This document shows positions 37,359 to 47,636 of a stretch of DNA of 64,000 nucleotides, one piece after another; position 1 is the first letter of the stretch, and every line of letters begins with the position of its first letter. Source of the DNA: Kiritimatiellia bacterium (GTDB lineage Bacteria > Verrucomicrobiota > Kiritimatiellia > UBA8416 > JADHWI01); assembly GCA_030744755.1 (NCBI GenBank), contig JASLPY010000002.1:67006-131005 (forward strand), given 5' to 3'. The notes beneath the pieces were generated by a model. That model had not been told where the DNA came from, made no database searches, and worked only from the letters and a program-made list of their open reading frames with translations. Made by a program: the position numbers and the translations under genes.

Positions 37359-38249
37359 ATGAAATTGTTCAGGCAACATAGAACAGCCGGTGCGGCCGCG
37401 GTCGCGTGTCTCGGGATAGGGTTGACAGCTGCGCTGTACTTCGTACGAGATGCTTCCGTGCATAGTTCGGGAAGTTCCGATTCTGCCCGGTTGCAGGCGC
37501 CCGAGATGCTGTCGGAGATCATAGATGGAAGCATGGCCTTCACCTTCGAAGGTGATGTTTATAGAATGGATATCGGCAGCCGTGAACCAACTCTTCTTGT
37601 GAAGGACGGCTCCTATCCCAGGTGGTCACCAGACGGCGGATTCATAGCCTTCGTTAGAGGCAACAGCATCATGCGGGTGCGGTCCGACGGCGCAAACGAA
37701 GAAAAACTTGCAGCCGCCTCCGAAGCCCGAGCCGTGGCCTATCACCCGAAAGGCAGTCACGTCCTGTTTACGGATAAGAAAGCGGTCCGGTCCGTAGAGC
37801 TCCAAACGGGCACGGTGGAAACCGTCCTTGAGGGTTGGACTGTGCGCGAACTGGACGTCTCATCAGACGGCCGGCGGCTTGCTGCAACCGTTCGCAGGGC
37901 GGGTTATCACGTGTATGTTTTTGACCTGGAAACGGGAGAATCCAAACGCCTGGCGAGGGGATGTTCGGCAAACATGTCGCCCGACGGTCGCCTTGTGAGT
38001 CTCAACAGGAGCGGGCACAGGGTTCTGGGTTTTCTGTCTTCCGAGTCGGGCGAAGAATCCGGCGCAATCCATGCACTGCCGGACCGCAGGTTCGACAACC
38101 ATTCGTGGTCGAACGAGCAAGACTGGATAGTCTGCGTTTCCGAAGAGGACGCACAGAACGTGTTTGCTCACCAGATTTCAACCGACGAGGCATTCCAGCT
38201 TACCTTCCGCGGCAACTGCAACAGGCCTGATCTGTACGTCCAGCCTTAG
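37359..38249 (+). CDS. TolB-like WD40/PD40 beta-propeller periplasmic protein
   Basis: Signal anchor. PD40-type repeats (SYPRWSPDGGFIAFV, SANMSPDGRLVSL). Confidence 0.65.
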   Translation: MKLFRQHRTAGAAAVACLGIGLTAALYFVRDASVHSSGSSDSARLQAPEMLSEIIDGSMAFTFEGDVYRMDIGSREPTLLVKDGSYPRWSPDGGFIAFVRGNSIMRVRSDGANEEKLAAASEARAVAYHPKGSHVLFTDKKAVRSVELQTGTVETVLEGWTVRELDVSSDGRRLAATVRRAGYHVYVFDLETGESKRLARGCSANMSPDGRLVSLNRSGHRVLGFLSSESGEESGAIHALPDRRFDNHSWSNEQDWIVCVSEEDAQNVFAHQISTDEAFQLTFRGNCNRPDLYVQP

Positions 38250-38316
38250 GCAGGTGATTCCCGCCGAAACGCGGCCACTCTATTCGCCACGGTTGCCGAG
38301 GCCGGCGGCCTTCCCT

Positions 38317-38342
38317 GGCGCACCCTGTGCCGTATCTTTTTT
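38317..38342 (+). terminator. Weak intrinsic terminator candidate
   Basis: Short GC hairpin ggcgcac-cct-gtgccg followed by tatcTTTTTTgc, about 70 nt after the stop of the TolB-like gene. Confidence 0.3.
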
Positions 38343-38486
38343 GCATACTTTTGGCTGTGGTTCTTTCCTTTCGCTGCACCGCTGATTGTTGGTAACATAC
38401 TGGCTGGTTGCGTCAAATCTGTGAAGGAGAATAACCCGGGGAGCGGACAATTGCTCCCCCGCAACTGAAAGAACAGGTAGAGACAA

Positions 38487-38915
38487 ATGAAAAATCTGGC
38501 GGCAGGTTATATAGGTATAGTGCTCACAGCGGTCTGCGCGTTTGCCCTGATGTCGGGGTGTGATGGAGGTGGAGGCGGCAGTTCGTCATCGGCGGTTGTA
38601 GACATTGCCGGTTCTTGGTCGGGGTCTTACGAGAACGAGGAAACCGGCGAGCATGTGTCGATCTCGGCAACAGTGGACCAGGACGGATCCGGAGTTGTCA
38701 TCAAGACCACTAAGGGCAACCCTCCGGGGCAGTCTCTGTCGGGTTCGATGGACGGGAACGCCAACCTCACGATGACAGACGCTGGTGATGGTGAAGTCTG
38801 GACGAGTTTTACGCCGACTACGGCCGGCCGCATAGTGATAACCGACTTCACTTACCAGCCGCAAGCGGGGGACTCGAACGACGTACCCAGGAAGATCATC
38901 GATCTGCGCCGGTGA
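38487..38915 (+). CDS. Lipoprotein, hypothetical
   Basis: Lipobox LMSGC, then a Gly/Ser linker and a small beta-rich domain. Confidence 0.5.
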   Translation: MKNLAAGYIGIVLTAVCAFALMSGCDGGGGGSSSSAVVDIAGSWSGSYENEETGEHVSISATVDQDGSGVVIKTTKGNPPGQSLSGSMDGNANLTMTDAGDGEVWTSFTPTTAGRIVITDFTYQPQAGDSNDVPRKIIDLRR

Positions 38916-38927
38916 ATGCCGGGTCGA

Positions 38928-39917
38928 TTACAGCCACTTGTTTTCTTTGTACCACCGGGTGATTTCGACGACTTCTTCGTCGAAGCTCTTCTCCGGGGCG
39001 AAATCCAGGTCGCGCTTCGCTTTCGAAGAATCGAAATGACGGTTCTTCGTAAAGAAATCCACCCGCCTCCGAAAGATCGGCGGTTCGATATGAAGCGGGC
39101 GACATATGGTCTCCACTATCGTCCCGAGCCACTGCATTGGTTTCACGGGCAGGTGTAGCCAGGGAGGTCTTACCCCCAGCTCGCGGGCAATGATATTTGC
39201 CATGTCAATCAAGGGAACCGCTTTTTCGCCGGAGATGATGTAGATCTCACCGTTGAGAGACTCCTTCTCCATTGCCAGGTCAAAAGATCTGACAAGGTCG
39301 CGAACATCTATAAAATGGACCTCGCACGTTCCGGGGCCCACGTAGAAGAAGCGGCCGTGAGCAACCATTCGAAACATCTTCAGGTTTCTCGTATCCCCGG
39401 GCCCGTAGATCATGGCCGGGCGGATAACGACTCCCGACATCTTGCCGGATTGGTAGTATTCCATGGCGATCTTCTCGCCGGCCATCTTGGTTCTCTGGTA
39501 CATGTCGCCAGGGTTGTAGGGTGTTTCCTCGTTAGCCGGAGGATTGGCCACGTGACCCAGAACGCCGACAGTTGCACAGTGGATGACGCGTTTAACCCCG
39601 GCATCGATGGCTACATCCATGAGGCGCCGCACACCCTCGGCGTTAACGTCGTGGAAGACGCTTTCGGGAAAGCTTGCCTGGCGAAAAAGGCTGGCTATGT
39701 GGTAGATCCCTGTTACTCCCTGTACCGCGCGGGAAAGGCTGTCCTTATCCCTGAGGTCGCCGATAACGACTTCGACCCCCAGCTTGCGCAAGGGATCCGC
39801 CTTGCTTTCGTCCTTGATCATGGCTCGCACCTTTCGGCCCTTCTTGACCAGGTACTCAACCATGTGTCCGCCCACAAAACCTGACGCGCCGGTCACTAGA
39901 AACAAATTGCTGTCCAT
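38928..39917 (-). CDS. NAD-dependent epimerase/dehydratase (SDR family)
   Basis: VTGASGFVGGHMVEYL Rossmann motif and the extended SDR pattern. Confidence 0.85.
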   Translation of the reverse strand: MDSNLFLVTGASGFVGGHMVEYLVKKGRKVRAMIKDESKADPLRKLGVEVVIGDLRDKDSLSRAVQGVTGIYHIASLFRQASFPESVFHDVNAEGVRRLMDVAIDAGVKRVIHCATVGVLGHVANPPANEETPYNPGDMYQRTKMAGEKIAMEYYQSGKMSGVVIRPAMIYGPGDTRNLKMFRMVAHGRFFYVGPGTCEVHFIDVRDLVRSFDLAMEKESLNGEIYIISGEKAVPLIDMANIIARELGVRPPWLHLPVKPMQWLGTIVETICRPLHIEPPIFRRRVDFFTKNRHFDSSKAKRDLDFAPEKSFDEEVVEITRWYKENKWL

Positions 39918-40001
39918 TCTCAGACTGTTCTCCTTCCAGGGCTTTCTGACTTCCCACCGTCAAAAAGCAGTTACTTACCGGTCTGCATTCCGTCCGCCCA
40001 G

Positions 40002-41096
40002 TCAGGGCGAATCCTCACGCTCAATGATCGCCAGTTTTCGCATCTCTTCTATCAAAGCGTCGGCACAAATGGAATGCCCAATGGCATTGGGGTGCGAATC
40101 GCCGGGTGAAACCCACAACAGTTTCTGCCGTGCGCTCGTCGTGTCGGGTATCCCGTGCTTCTTTACGTAGGCGTTCGTATAGAGGCGAAGATCGAACAGG
40201 CCAAAGCCATGTTCCTTCGCCACATCCGCAAGGAGTTTCTGCTGCGAGGCAGAAGCCTGCCCCTGCATGATCATAACCGGTATGCCCCGGGAGGCAGTTA
40301 GATCTGCCAGCCGTTTCATCGCGCGTCTATAACCGGAATGGCCGCACATATGCCGGTACCGGGACAGCACCTTGGACTTTTCTTCCTTGTTAACGTCTTT
40401 GAGCCGGTAACCTATCAGTTCGGCATGCCCCGACCTGCCCCTCCCGACACGAGCCTTCAGGAAGTCCCAGAGATAGAAGTTACGGGTAGACAAGGTCCTG
40501 GGCGGACGTTCCATGAACATGGGAACGCCCAGATCATTGCCCACAAAAAGAATGATCACCAGGTCAGGGTTGTATTTCAACGCGCGGTGCTCAAACGTGG
40601 CCACCTCCATGGTGGTGTTGTAGCCGGGTACACCAAAGTTGAAGGTTTCGAAAGTGCGGGTGTCGTCGAGTCTGTTGAGCCTATCCTCGAGCACCTCCAT
40701 GTAAGAGTCCTCCTGTTCAACCCCCCATCCAAACGTCACGGAATCGCCCAACCCGACTATCCTGTATACGCCGTCCGGCTTGTCCAGGGAATGTTCATCG
40801 TCCCGCAGGCCCCTGGAATTGGTAACAAGGCGCTTATCACGGAAAGTTCCTTCGACCCCCGGTTTGAGTTCGTAGACCACATCTTCGTACGCACTGCCCC
40901 TCACCAGGCCGGTCATGTTGAACTTTCCCTTACCACCGTCCAGGCCGGTTCTGGCCGAACGTTCCAGCTTCTCCCTGAGGGTTCCCCCTCGCTTGAGGTC
41001 TGCCGCATAGACCACGCGTATGGCCATTTCGGCAACGCCCAGGGCCATAAGACCGCCGACCCCGGCAAGAATGATGCGGAATACTACCTTCTTCAT
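40002..41096 (-). CDS. Membrane-anchored SGNH/GDSL hydrolase, paralogue
   Basis: Start at MKKVVFRIILAGV (ATG at 41096); the longer track ORF overlaps the divergent gene at 41233. GDS block IVGLGDSVTFGWG. Confidence 0.7.
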   Translation of the reverse strand: MKKVVFRIILAGVGGLMALGVAEMAIRVVYAADLKRGGTLREKLERSARTGLDGGKGKFNMTGLVRGSAYEDVVYELKPGVEGTFRDKRLVTNSRGLRDDEHSLDKPDGVYRIVGLGDSVTFGWGVEQEDSYMEVLEDRLNRLDDTRTFETFNFGVPGYNTTMEVATFEHRALKYNPDLVIILFVGNDLGVPMFMERPPRTLSTRNFYLWDFLKARVGRGRSGHAELIGYRLKDVNKEEKSKVLSRYRHMCGHSGYRRAMKRLADLTASRGIPVMIMQGQASASQQKLLADVAKEHGFGLFDLRLYTNAYVKKHGIPDTTSARQKLLWVSPGDSHPNAIGHSICADALIEEMRKLAIIEREDSP

Positions 41097-41232
41097 CGAG
41101 TGATTCTTCTCCGTCCCGAATACCGTTGTTGTGAGTAACGGATGGAAGAGCAGGACGGGTGATTGTCTACTATACTTCTCAGTCCAAAGATAGTAAAAAC
41201 TCTCATCAGAACGAGCACTTGAAAGGTCTGTT

Positions 41233-42453
41233 ATGCTTAAATCGGTTACGTTACTCGGTTCATCTTCCGGAAGAAATGCCGGCGATGCAGCCCTGATATC
41301 AGGAATCATGGAATCGGTCGATGCCGCCTGCGGTACCCGGTTGACTTACGAAATACCCACGATAAAGCCGGGGTACATAAGAGATAACTACCACAACGAT
41401 ACCGTACCGATATCAATGATGCCGTGGGCCATGTCCGTAAAAATGCTGGGAATTCCCACATACCGGTCCATCATGCGAACGGATTTAACCCTGATTTTTG
41501 ACGCGATTCTCTTTGACCGGTCTCTCTACAACCCGCTGTTCAATTTTATGTCTACCCTGTATCTCCTTCTTCCCATTGCCAGGAAGAAGGGCAAGAAAAT
41601 GGCCTACTTCAATATTGGCGCCGGGCCCGTGACTACTCCACATGGCCGGACAATGCTTCGTAAGATCTCGGACATGATGGATTTCATAACGGTCAGGGAT
41701 GAAGATTCATTTGAGATCCTGCGGGAGATCGACTGCAGCAATCCCCGGATGCTTCGCGCCGCGGATGCCGCTTTGATCGTCAAGGCCTCTGAAGAGCAGG
41801 AAGCCGATGACATGTTACGGAAGCTTGGACTCGATCCGTCCCAGGAGATCCTGGGAATAAACGTCAACGCGTATATAGACACCTGGGCCGGACCGCACGT
41901 GACGCCGATGGGGAAAGAGAAGTTCCTGTCCACGTATTCCGCCGCCCTGAACCGCGTGGCCGAAACCGTGAAAGCTCCGTTTCTCTTCGTGTGCACTCAG
42001 CATCTTGACGTTCCCATCACCAGGGAACTTATGGAAAGAGTGAACATTCCCCAGAAGAAGGCGCTCCTGACGAACGTTGACTACAACCACTACCAGATCA
42101 AAGCGGCACTGGGTAAGCTTGCGCTGCTGTTCGGCATGCGTCTGCATTGTACGATTCTCTCTTCATCCGAGCTTACTCCTATTATTGGCTTGGCTTACCA
42201 GCCCAAGATCCACCATTACTTCACTAACCTGGAGCTACCCGAATACAGCCTGGACTTTGCAGATTTCTCCGAGGATGCCCTGGTGAGACACATTACGAAG
42301 GGATGGGAGAATCGGAAAGCAATAGGCGAAAAACTGTCGCAACGCATTCCCGAGCTTAAGAAGCAGGCCAATATTGCGGCTGAGCTCGTGGCGTGTCTAC
42401 ATCGCGGCGATGATCTGGATGAAGCCTTTGCTTCATTCCAGATTCCCGCTTAG
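41233..42453 (+). CDS. Polysaccharide pyruvyl transferase (CsaB/WcaK family)
   Basis: The N-terminus LLGSSSGRNAGDAALISG is the PS_pyruv_trans signature. Confidence 0.8.
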   Translation: MLKSVTLLGSSSGRNAGDAALISGIMESVDAACGTRLTYEIPTIKPGYIRDNYHNDTVPISMMPWAMSVKMLGIPTYRSIMRTDLTLIFDAILFDRSLYNPLFNFMSTLYLLLPIARKKGKKMAYFNIGAGPVTTPHGRTMLRKISDMMDFITVRDEDSFEILREIDCSNPRMLRAADAALIVKASEEQEADDMLRKLGLDPSQEILGINVNAYIDTWAGPHVTPMGKEKFLSTYSAALNRVAETVKAPFLFVCTQHLDVPITRELMERVNIPQKKALLTNVDYNHYQIKAALGKLALLFGMRLHCTILSSSELTPIIGLAYQPKIHHYFTNLELPEYSLDFADFSEDALVRHITKGWENRKAIGEKLSQRIPELKKQANIAAELVACLHRGDDLDEAFASFQIPA

Positions 42454-42478
42454 CAGTGGCTGAAAGAGAAAGCTGTAG

Positions 42479-45010
42479 ATGGATACCAAGCGAATTATCC
42501 TTATCTCCCTTCTGCTTACAGTGGTCTGCTGGGTGGTTTTTTCCTGGCCCCTGCCGCGCTACTTCGGGTCGGGGGTGACAAGATCGGCCGAGAGGCACGG
42601 AAACATAGTCCGGAGAATGGTTCCCGGCGATCATCTCCAGCTCATGTATCACTTCTGGCTGGCAGGAGACATGGTTGCCGGTAAGACGCCTGCTTTCCAG
42701 AACATCTACGAGTTCAACGAGGGCAATGACGAAGACTGTATAAGAAGATCTTTTTACTTTGCGCCTTACTCGCTTGTAAGCAGCCTGGCGTCCCTGGCGG
42801 GCGGGCAGGCCTTCGGCTGGAATTTCGCAAGCGTTCTCTCCCTGTGGCTTACTTATCTCTTTACCTGGAGACTTGTGGCAAGGTACAACCCGGACGAGCT
42901 GCAAGCAGCGGTCGCCGCAATGGTCGGCCTGCTCCTTCCATTTCGGTGGCACGGTGTGTGCGAGGGAAGTCCGATAGGTTTCGCAATGTCGTGGATTCCC
43001 GCGCTCATGCTCGGCATAGACGGGGTAATGCGCAAGGGATCCAAAAGCAGCGCGGTACTTGCGGGATGCGCCCTGATGTTCTCCGGTTGGGGGGATGCCC
43101 ACGTATTCTTCTTTGCGGCCCTGATGATTCCTGTCTGGGGGATCATCACGTGGCTTGCCCTGCCGGACCGGAACCTTAAAGTTGTCGGCATGCGCCTTCT
43201 TTCTGTTTGGCCAGCCATACCATTTGCCCTGTCATCCTCTATCAATCTGTTCTGGAAACAGGAAAGAATCGCCGATTCGGGTCTTGAAAAAGGGTGGGAC
43301 CTGATTTACGTGGCTTTATGCTCTCCCAGCCCGGGCGGACTGTTCAGCAGAGCCTTCGAGGGTGACACGCGCGGTATCTACATAGGATGGTTCCTGATCG
43401 TGTGTGTCGCGGTGGCTGCGACAGTGTTACTGACACGCGCCTTCCGGCATAGGACTTCTGATCATCGCATGACCTGTGTGTTCTTCATTCTTCTTGCTGG
43501 AATGTTCATCATCACACTTCTGGCCATGGGTACAAAAGCCCCTGCAGGGGGGGCGGTCATTAAGACCGTAAGGTTAATCTTCTCTCCCTACCGAAAGATC
43601 AGGCAGCCCGACAAGATATTCGTCGTGATGCCGTCACTGTTGGCCATTGCATCGGGTATCACCCTTTCGACCTGGATCGGTCTTATCAGGCAACGGCTGT
43701 GGAAATACGGTTGCGTTGTGGTCTTCGCGGTTGTGATATTCGCCGACTATAACAAACATATTGCACCGGAGATATGTCTCATCGATTCTGAACAGAAGGC
43801 TTATGAAGCCATAGTCACGGATGCCGCGAAGACAGGCGATGTTCCCAGGGCCGTCGCGGTTCCCCTCTGGCCGGGTGATTCTCACTGGTCATCGCTTTAC
43901 GAGTACTATGCGTCACTTTACAGAATCCGTTTCTTGAACGGATACTCACCAGTGGCGAAAAAGCGGTACGTCGAAGAGGTGTTTCTCAAGCTGAAACCCC
44001 TGAATATGGGGTATATTTCCGATGATCACATCAAACACCTTGACGATATGGGAATCCGCTACCTGGTGCTGCACGAAGATGCTTTTCCCGAGAAGGTAAG
44101 CCTCTTCCCTGTTGCAATGACGCTGAAACGTCTGCTCAATCATCCCCGGTTGGAGCTTCTCCGGCAGGAAGAAAGCGTATGGTCATTCAAGATCATGGAT
44201 GAACCGATCACGAAGGATGTACTCGGAACAGACTGGCAGGTTCACTTTCCCAGCAGAAAGTGGGAAATGGAACGGGTAAGGACGGATACAGGCGAGGAAT
44301 TGACTGATAGTCGGGCCTCGCGGGGCCGGTACCGTCGGATCGCGGCAGGAGATGTCGTGACCGGTAAGGGCACGAGCGCGGTGTATTTTGAAGGCCTGAA
44401 ATGGCAACTACGCGCCAAGGGAGAGGGTGTTCTTAAGGTGACAACTTTCTCTGAGGACGAAGCACTGTGTGCAACCAATGTCACGATGTCAACGGATGAG
44501 TGGGAATGGGTGGATATCCCGATAGGAAGTTTTGAGAACGCGCCCCGCACCGCAGGGCGCTTAGATTGCCAGGAAGGCAGTGTTGACCTGGACCTGCTTC
44601 TTCTTTCGGCAGGTGAGTGGGCCGGTCCCCAAGTCGGTGGCAGCATAAAGATTCCGGCAGCCTGTTTCTTCCATGCCGGCTACACCGATATTGAGAACGG
44701 GGAAGTGGTGCTGAGAGCATCAAGGGACGCCGCCGAAGAGGTCATTTACGCAAAGAACCTGCGGTTGGATCCGGGCGCTTATCGCGTTGAGATGGAATAC
44801 TCGTCGGATGGTGAGGACGGTGCAGTGCTGGGTTCTCTGATATACCGGTTCGAGAATGTGGAACCCGAAGGATCAACTGCCGTGACAGACGGTTTGCCGG
44901 CCAGTCTGGAGTTTGTGCATGAACGGGATGTTCCTTTTCGACTGGCTTTTCGTTTTAACCGGACTCGCGATGTGAGAATCGGCACAGTAACTATCAACCG
45001 GACCAGGTAG
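42479..45010 (+). CDS. Large polytopic membrane protein with a C-terminal soluble domain (YfhO/GT-C-like architecture)
   Basis: 843 aa. N-terminus PGDHLQLMYHFWLAGDM..GKTPAF followed by many transmembrane helices, then a roughly 350-aa extracytoplasmic C-terminus. Confidence 0.5.
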   Translation: MDTKRIILISLLLTVVCWVVFSWPLPRYFGSGVTRSAERHGNIVRRMVPGDHLQLMYHFWLAGDMVAGKTPAFQNIYEFNEGNDEDCIRRSFYFAPYSLVSSLASLAGGQAFGWNFASVLSLWLTYLFTWRLVARYNPDELQAAVAAMVGLLLPFRWHGVCEGSPIGFAMSWIPALMLGIDGVMRKGSKSSAVLAGCALMFSGWGDAHVFFFAALMIPVWGIITWLALPDRNLKVVGMRLLSVWPAIPFALSSSINLFWKQERIADSGLEKGWDLIYVALCSPSPGGLFSRAFEGDTRGIYIGWFLIVCVAVAATVLLTRAFRHRTSDHRMTCVFFILLAGMFIITLLAMGTKAPAGGAVIKTVRLIFSPYRKIRQPDKIFVVMPSLLAIASGITLSTWIGLIRQRLWKYGCVVVFAVVIFADYNKHIAPEICLIDSEQKAYEAIVTDAAKTGDVPRAVAVPLWPGDSHWSSLYEYYASLYRIRFLNGYSPVAKKRYVEEVFLKLKPLNMGYISDDHIKHLDDMGIRYLVLHEDAFPEKVSLFPVAMTLKRLLNHPRLELLRQEESVWSFKIMDEPITKDVLGTDWQVHFPSRKWEMERVRTDTGEELTDSRASRGRYRRIAAGDVVTGKGTSAVYFEGLKWQLRAKGEGVLKVTTFSEDEALCATNVTMSTDEWEWVDIPIGSFENAPRTAGRLDCQEGSVDLDLLLLSAGEWAGPQVGGSIKIPAACFFHAGYTDIENGEVVLRASRDAAEEVIYAKNLRLDPGAYRVEMEYSSDGEDGAVLGSLIYRFENVEPEGSTAVTDGLPASLEFVHERDVPFRLAFRFNRTRDVRIGTVTINRTR

Positions 45011-45047
45011 TCGTCGGTAGCTTGGACCCATTGGCGCAGCGTAGAAT

Positions 45048-45719
45048 TCAGGCCTGTCTTCTCTGGCGGTAAAGGCTGGGGTCTGTCACCTCTGCCATCT
45101 TCTCACGATCCATACCGCTGTCTAGAAAATCCGCGACCTTTGCCGCCGTTGCTGCGGAATCGGCAAGAGTCTGGTTATAGTTGCAGTAAAACACATCGAA
45201 ACACTCTCGGTCTGCGAGCCATTCCCTGGTGTCCGCAAGGTGCTTCTCGAAAAGAGCTTTCATCTTATCATCGCCTGGACCACCCGGTTTCCCGCGTCTT
45301 TCGAGCATCTTCTGCTGAGAAGCAAGAGTCTCATCGAGATCTCGGATCATGAAGATAACCTTGTACCGACGGTCTTCCGGCAGATCTCTGAGCAGCATGG
45401 ATATCATTTTGACAACCTTGCCCTCGGCATCATCCAACCACGAAGCATCCTCCTTCGTCTTCTTGACTTTCTCCAACTCGTAGTATCCCCGGGGATTATC
45501 TTCGTCTGCTTCGCGAATCCCGTCCGTCACAGTATTCATGCCTCCGGCTTCGAGCATCTTCATCATCATTGAAGTCCCGGAACGTGGAAGACCTGAAACA
45601 ATCGTTATCAAAACCAACTCCCTCCATTGACCCAAACCCGAAAGGCCTTTGATCTTGCCCTGCGGCAAACACATCCTTGTACTGTTATCGTGCGGCAGAC
45701 TATAGCACCCTGCAGCCAA
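45048..45719 (-). CDS. Sulfotransferase-family protein
   Basis: PAPS 5'-phosphosulfate-binding P-loop IVSGLPRSGTSMMMKML, with a sulfotransferase-like remainder. Start ambiguous: TTG at 45719 or ATG at 45674. Confidence 0.7.
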   Translation of the reverse strand: MAAGCYSLPHDNSTRMCLPQGKIKGLSGLGQWRELVLITIVSGLPRSGTSMMMKMLEAGGMNTVTDGIREADEDNPRGYYELEKVKKTKEDASWLDDAEGKVVKMISMLLRDLPEDRRYKVIFMIRDLDETLASQQKMLERRGKPGGPGDDKMKALFEKHLADTREWLADRECFDVFYCNYNQTLADSAATAAKVADFLDSGMDREKMAEVTDPSLYRQRRQA

Positions 45720-45799
45720 TCGGATAAAGTGTCAAAAGAGGATTGCGGCAAAAGAGTTACACGGTATAGTCTGACGGCGAACATATGTGCGCGTGGAAG

Positions 45800-45816
45800 C
45801 GTCAAATCTTTTGACG
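45800..45816. promoter_or_regulatory. Perfect 7-3-7 palindrome CGTCAAA-tct-TTTGACG in a divergent promoter region
   Basis: Lies between the sulfotransferase (-) and the WbpB/D-like gene (+). It overlaps a TTGACG -35-like hexamer. A half-site gtcaaaag also occurs at about 45731. Confidence 0.35.
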
Positions 45817-45864
45817 TGATGGTTTTCTTTAGAAAAGGGCTGACGCCTTGGAAAGGAGACAGGA

Positions 45865-47550
45865 ATGACTGAGAACAGTGCTCCTGTCCGGGTAGCCGTT
45901 ATGGGCGCTGGCTACTGGGGAAAGAACATAATCCGCTCGATGAACAGTCTTGGATCGCTGGCGGCAATCTGTGACAGCGAAGAAGACAGGCGGAAGGCAT
46001 TTGCTGAACAGTATCCCGAATGCAGAATCGTCAGCGCATATTCTGATATCCTGGAAGACAAGGACATCCCGGCGGTAGCCGTCGCCACGCCCGCGGAATC
46101 GCATTCGGACTTCGTGAGAAAAGCTCTCCTCGCGGGCAAAGACGTGTTCGTAGAGAAGCCACTGTGTCTGTCGCCGGAGACGGGCAGAGAGTTGGTCGCC
46201 CTTGCCGAAAGCCGCGGCCTGATCCTGATGGTCGGACACCTCCTCTGGTACCATCCCGCAGTATTGAAGCTTAAAGCGATGATTGATGAAGGCGCATTGG
46301 GCCGTATTCAATACGTGTACTCCAATCGTCTCAACCTGGGGAAAATACGGCGGGAGGAAAACATCCTCTGGTCTTTCGCGCCTCATGATATATCCGTTAT
46401 TCTCGGTCTGTTGGGAGAGATTCCCGACCACGTTTCCGCTCACGGAGGTAACTACCTGCATAGCCATATTGCAGATGTCACGGTGAGCGTCTTGTCTTTT
46501 CCCAGCGGTGTGAAAGCCCACGTCTTCGTGTCATGGCTGCATCCATTCAAAGAGCAAAAGCTTGTGGTTGTTGGCGAGAAGAAGATGGCGGTGTTCGATG
46601 ACGTGGAGAAAGAGAACAAGCTCATGCTCTATCCGCATTCCATCGACTGGAAGAACAAGATGCCGATTGCAAACAAGGCAGAAGCCCAGGCGGTTGAGAT
46701 AGAGAACGTTGAGCCTCTCAGAGAAGAGTGTGCCCACTTCCTTGACTGCGTAGCAAAAAGGGTCACGCCAAGAACGGATGGCAAGGAAGGGTTGCGTGTC
46801 CTAACTGTACTCGAGCGTTGCCAAAGGGCTATGGACCTGGAGACTGCCCAGGAGGCGGGAAGCCAGGATGAAGAGGAGGACAAGCACGTGCCCGGAGATT
46901 TCTTCGTACATGAGAGCGCATGTGTTGATGATGGCGCAAGGATAGGCAAGGGAACGAAGATCTGGCATTACTCTCATGTGCAGGCAGGCAGCACAGTTGG
47001 AGCGAACTGCTCGCTGGGCCAGAACGTTAATATTGCCAACGACGTTGTGATGGGCAACAACGTAAAAATCCAGAACAATGTCAGCCTGTACAAGGGTACA
47101 GTCATTGAAGACGATGTATTCCTCGGGCCTTCCTGTGTTCTGACCAATGTCAGCAATCCGCGCTCGCAAGTGAGCCGCCGCTCAGTATACGAGAAGACGC
47201 TCATCCGCAGAGGGGCGACGATTGGTGCCAACTCAACGATTGTGTGCGGAGTGGAGATAGGCCGTTACGCTTTCGTTGCGGCGGGCGCGGTTGTCACGAA
47301 GGATATAGCCGATTACGCACTTGTGAGGGGGAATCCCGCAAGGGCGGTGGGATGGATAAGCAGACACGGTCACCCACTTTCCGAGCCGGATGAAGAGGGC
47401 ATAATGGTCTGCCCGGAAAGCAAGTTGCGATACAAGGAATCTGAGCCGGGCGTCCTTCGATGCCTGGATGTTGACGAAGAAGATGTGCTTCCCGAGAAGC
47501 TGGCCGTTGGAAAACATCCTTACCGGTCTTTCAAGGAGGCTCAGCAGTAG
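45865..47550 (+). CDS. Bifunctional Gfo/Idh/MocA sugar dehydrogenase plus hexapeptide N-acetyltransferase (WbpB/WlbA-like fused to WbpD/WlbB-like)
   Basis: Ribosome-binding site aaggagac. N-terminal VRVAVMGAGYWGKN...VFVEKPL. C-terminal left-handed beta-helix repeats (..IGANSTIVCGVEIGRYAFVAAGAVVTKD..). Confidence 0.8.
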   Translation: MTENSAPVRVAVMGAGYWGKNIIRSMNSLGSLAAICDSEEDRRKAFAEQYPECRIVSAYSDILEDKDIPAVAVATPAESHSDFVRKALLAGKDVFVEKPLCLSPETGRELVALAESRGLILMVGHLLWYHPAVLKLKAMIDEGALGRIQYVYSNRLNLGKIRREENILWSFAPHDISVILGLLGEIPDHVSAHGGNYLHSHIADVTVSVLSFPSGVKAHVFVSWLHPFKEQKLVVVGEKKMAVFDDVEKENKLMLYPHSIDWKNKMPIANKAEAQAVEIENVEPLREECAHFLDCVAKRVTPRTDGKEGLRVLTVLERCQRAMDLETAQEAGSQDEEEDKHVPGDFFVHESACVDDGARIGKGTKIWHYSHVQAGSTVGANCSLGQNVNIANDVVMGNNVKIQNNVSLYKGTVIEDDVFLGPSCVLTNVSNPRSQVSRRSVYEKTLIRRGATIGANSTIVCGVEIGRYAFVAAGAVVTKDIADYALVRGNPARAVGWISRHGHPLSEPDEEGIMVCPESKLRYKESEPGVLRCLDVDEEDVLPEKLAVGKHPYRSFKEAQQ

Positions 47551-47636
47551 CCTTCCTGATTCGTTTAGGGAGCCTGCCGCATGACCACGAGATATCGCCT
47601 TGCCACGTTGAGCGGGCATTTAGAAAGGAATAAGAA

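Noticed and set aside
37278-37463. Long form of the second flippase-like ORF that overlaps the divergent TolB-like gene
   Set aside because: The extension is Arg/Cys-rich and non-hydrophobic and overlaps the 37359 gene by about 100 bp. MLWFVQF at 37277 is the more plausible start.
41097-41309. Long form of the SGNH hydrolase ORF (start at 41309) that overlaps the pyruvyl transferase start
   Set aside because: It would overlap the divergent gene by 77 bp. The internal ATG at 41096 starts directly with a Lys-rich stretch followed by a transmembrane anchor (MKKVVFRIILAG).
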